Shown here: one piece after another, positions 17,223-20,000 of the stretch
How positions within the stretch are numbered: position 1 is the stretch's first letter
Layout: each line of letters starts with the position of its first letter
NCBI GenBank assembly: GCA_918797485.1
Contig: CAKKNE010000005.1
Location: 5,268,732 to 5,288,731, forward strand
Direction of reading: 5' to 3'
Length of the DNA stretch: 20,000 bases
From: Pelagomonas calceolata
Taxonomy: Eukaryota
The notes under the pieces: generated by a model
The model's database searches: none
What the model was told of the DNA's origin: nothing
What the model saw: only the letters and a program-made list of their open reading frames with translations
Made by a program: the position numbers and the translations under genes

Positions 17223-19016
17223 ATGAGTCGCTTCACCCGGCGCCTACTCAGCCGCGAAGTTGATGTCCTCCAGACGCATCGCGACCAGCTCGCGCGGCGC
17301 GCGGCGACGCGCGTGCTGCGGGCCATGGCCGGCGTGACGCGGCAACGCACGCTGCCGACGCTGGCGCAGACGCTGCGGGACTACGCGGACAAGGCGAACA
17401 ACAGCGGCGCGCGGCGGTTCCGCGCCGGCTCGTTCATGGCCGCCGTGGAGCGGCGGCTGCAATGGGGCTTCGGCCGCACGCGGCCGCTGCTCGACGAGTT
17501 TCTGCGGCGCGACGACTTTGGCGACGGCGAGCGGCCCGAGCCGGACGTTGCGCTGCCGGCCGACGGCCCCGGCGACCCGTATTGCCCGCGGCCGCCGCCC
17601 GCCGAGGAACTCGCGGCGCTGACGCTGGGCGTGGCGGCTCGCCTGCCCCCGGTGATCGCCGCCGGCGCGGCGGCGACGCGCGCGCGACGGATGCGCTCGC
17701 GATTAAGGCGGCACTCGGCATCGCGTGACTTTGAGCCCCCAAAGCCGGCCGAAATACGACGAGCACTCGAGCCCGTCGTCGCGTCGCTCGGCGTCGGCGA
17801 CGCGGCCGGCGTCGTGGCCGCCGTCGGCGTCGAGGCGGCGCCCGCGCGCGCGGTGGCGGCGGCCCGCGCGGCGGCGACGACGCTCGGTTGCGACGCCGAC
17901 GCCGTGCTGTCCGCGGTCGCCGGCGCCGAGGCGGTCGCAAGGCAAGCTCGAGACACGTGCCCGCCGCTCGCGCGGCACAAGCTCGAGCAGTCGCTCAGGC
18001 GAACGCGCGGCGAGGGCGACTGTGCCGGTGCCGTCGAGGCGCTCGGCGTCCACGCCGCGCTCGGGGCCGGCCGCGCGGTCGTCGAGCTCTGGCGGACCGC
18101 CGCGCCGCTCGAGAGCTGCGCCGAGGACGCCGCGCGCCGCGCCGCCGACGTCGCGCTCGCCGAGGCGACGCTCGCACGGGCTGCGCGCGACTGGCGCGCG
18201 TTCGAAGCGCCGGGCGTCGAGGCGCTGCTCGCGCTGCGGCCGCGCTTCGTCGAGGCGCGGCGGCGGCGCGAGCTCGAGGCGGCGCTCGGCGCGGAAGCGC
18301 AGCCGCCGGCGGACGACGACGACCGCATCGGCCCGCGGCGGCGGACGGCGACGGAAGCGCCGGGCCCGGCGGTCCAGGTCGCGGTCGCGGCGCGCGCCTC
18401 GGCCGCGACGGCGACTTCGGAGGCGCGCCTGGCGGTCTTCGTGGAAAACCTGCCGGGCGACGCGACGGCCAGCGAGGTTGCCGCGGCCTTTGAGCGGGCG
18501 GGCGCCGTCGCCGACGTCGAGCTCTTTGCGAGCGCGCCGGCCGCGGCGACCGCGGCGACCGGCGGCCGGCGCGGCGCGGCTGCCGCCGACAGCCGCGCGC
18601 CCTACAAGCTGCGGCTCTCCGCGCCGACTCGCTCCGCGACGGCGGCGCTCGTGACCTTTGCCGACGAGGCCGGCGCGCGCGCGGCGGCGCACCCCGCGCT
18701 GCGCGTCTTCGGCGTCGTCGTCCGGAAGCGGCCCTGCCGGACGACGCCCGCGTCGGACCTGCGAAGCCTCTTCGTCCACCGCCTGCCGCCGGCGCTCGGC
18801 GAGGACGGCCTCGCGGCCGCGCTCGGCGCCGCGCTCGGCGACGACCTGAACGTCCGCGTCTGGCGCGACGGCGGCCTCGAGGCGTCGGACCACGCTCGTT
18901 TACGGTGCCGGACGCACGATCTGGCGTTGCTTGCCTGGCGCCGCCTCGCCGCCTCCGAGTTCGGGCCGAACCTGTCTTGGACGCAGACGGCGCCTTTCGT
19001 GGATGGGGAAGCGTGA
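17223..19016 (+). CDS. Ala-rich protein with two C-terminal RRM-like RNA-binding domains, possibly mitochondrial
   Basis: RNP2-like AVFVENLPGDATASEVAAAFERAGAVADVELF, RNP1-like ALVTFADEAGA, and a second SLFVHRLP. Arg-rich N-terminus MSRFTRRLLSR. Confidence 0.75.
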   Translation: MSRFTRRLLSREVDVLQTHRDQLARRAATRVLRAMAGVTRQRTLPTLAQTLRDYADKANNSGARRFRAGSFMAAVERRLQWGFGRTRPLLDEFLRRDDFGDGERPEPDVALPADGPGDPYCPRPPPAEELAALTLGVAARLPPVIAAGAAATRARRMRSRLRRHSASRDFEPPKPAEIRRALEPVVASLGVGDAAGVVAAVGVEAAPARAVAAARAAATTLGCDADAVLSAVAGAEAVARQARDTCPPLARHKLEQSLRRTRGEGDCAGAVEALGVHAALGAGRAVVELWRTAAPLESCAEDAARRAADVALAEATLARAARDWRAFEAPGVEALLALRPRFVEARRRRELEAALGAEAQPPADDDDRIGPRRRTATEAPGPAVQVAVAARASAATATSEARLAVFVENLPGDATASEVAAAFERAGAVADVELFASAPAAATAATGGRRGAAAADSRAPYKLRLSAPTRSATAALVTFADEAGARAAAHPALRVFGVVVRKRPCRTTPASDLRSLFVHRLPPALGEDGLAAALGAALGDDLNVRVWRDGGLEASDHARLRCRTHDLALLAWRRLAASEFGPNLSWTQTAPFVDGEA

Positions 19017-19150
19017 TTGACGGCGGCTCGAGTTAATTATCTGTTGTATCTTAAAAACACACACAATAGGAGCTTCCCATGCACAACTCCCCCCGACTCT
19101 TCCCCGAAGCTACAAAGAGCCTGCTCATGTCGCTCCTGACCGCCACGGGA

Positions 19151-19545
19151 GGGCCTGAAGGGCCCGAAGGGCCCTTCAGAGTCCTTAGTAGTGTTAGCTC
19201 AGAGTCCCTAGTAGTGTTAGCTCAGAGCTCGGGCCCGGAGGGCCCGAAGGGCCCGAAGGGCCCTTCAGAGTCCTTAGTAGTGTTAGCTCAGAGTCCTTAG
19301 TAGTGTTAGCTCAGAGTCCGGGCCCGAAGGGCCCGAAGGGCCCTTCAGAGTCCTTAGTAGTGTTAGCTCAGAGTCCTTAGTAGTGTTAGCTCAGAGTTCG
19401 GGCCCGGAGGGCCCGAAGGGCCCGAAGGGCCCTTCAGAGTCCTTAGTAGTGTTAGCTCACAGAGTTCGGGCCCGAAGGGCCCGAAGGGCCCTTCAGAGTC
19501 CTTAGTAGTGTTAGCTCAGACTCAGTCCTTAGTAGTGTTAGCTCA
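19151..19545. repeat. Subtelomeric higher-order satellite: five blocks of (GGGCCCGAA)2-3 GGGCCCTTCAGA, each followed by 1-2 copies of GTCCTTAGTAGTGTTAGCTCAGA
   Basis: Blocks start at 19151, 19231, 19320, 19400 and 19468; nine copies of the 23-mer in total. Confidence 0.95.
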
Positions 19546-19710
19546 AGACCCCCTACCGCCGGCGCCCTTGGGTTAGTGTTAGCTTTTTTGGCCCCAGGGG
19601 TTTTGGGGGGCTGCTTAGGGTTAGCACGGGGTCTTAGTAGTGTTAGGCCGGGTTGTGTGGGTTAGGGTTCGGGGTGGGGTGGGTTAGGGTTGGGGGTGTT
19701 AGGGCTAGGG
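19546..19710 (+). repeat. Degenerate telomere-variant transition zone
   Basis: Mix of TTAGGG, TTGGG, GTGGGG, TTCGGGG and CTAGGG with remnants of TTAGTAGTGTTAG. Confidence 0.85.
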
Positions 19711-20000
19711 TTAGGGTTAGGGTTAGGGTTAGGGTTAGGGTTAGGGTTAGGGTTAGGGTTAGGGTTAGGGTTAGGGTTAGGGTTAGGGTTAGGGTTAGGG
19801 TTAGGGTTAGGGTTAGGGTTAGGGTTAGGGTTAGGGTTAGGGTTAGGGTTAGGGTTAGGGTTAGGGTTAGGGTTAGGGTTAGGGTTAGGGTTAGGGTTAG
19901 GGTTAGGGTTAGGGTTAGGGTTAGGGGGTTAGGGTTAGGGTTAGGGTTAGGGTTAGGGTTAGGGTTAGGGTTAGGGTTAGGGTTAGGGTTAGGGTTAGGG
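19711..20000 (+). repeat. Telomere (TTAGGG)n, G-rich strand toward the chromosome end
   Basis: 35 perfect units, one TTAGGGGG variant at 19921-19928, then 12 perfect units to the window end. Confidence 0.99.

Noticed and set aside
19151..19545. CRISPR-like array of 23-bp repeats
   Set aside because: The intervening sequences are themselves repeats rather than unique spacers, there are no cas genes, and the context is a eukaryotic subtelomere.
19079..19932. ORFs 19079..19300 (GPEGPKGP, collagen-like) and 19690..19932 (poly-LG)
   Set aside because: Translations of satellite and telomere DNA.

Overview
This is the terminal 20 kb of a chromosome arm from a very GC-rich, gene-dense eukaryote. 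Short GT-AG introns, bipartite signal/transit peptides and a TTAGGG telomere suggest a photosynthetic stramenopile such as a pelagophyte (inference). Ten protein-coding genes alternate strictly in strand, forming five head-to-head pairs: organellar release factor RF2 / a Zn-knuckle orphan; an 11xTudor-WD40 protein / an EamA transporter; a TcdA-TatD fusion / a glutamine cyclotransferase; a PIH1 protein / a U-box protein; a GFA-methyltransferase fusion / an RRM protein. A higher-order subtelomeric satellite and the telomere follow. The most striking unexplained signal is a 22-23 bp element, GCTAGCG(G/T)CNTGTAAGACACTAG, in four of the five divergent promoters, with a degenerate copy in the fifth; I did not see it elsewhere. 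Other notable points are two small introns with shared internal motifs, a codon-conserved 83-bp duplicate of a gene's 3' end, and several unusual domain fusions.
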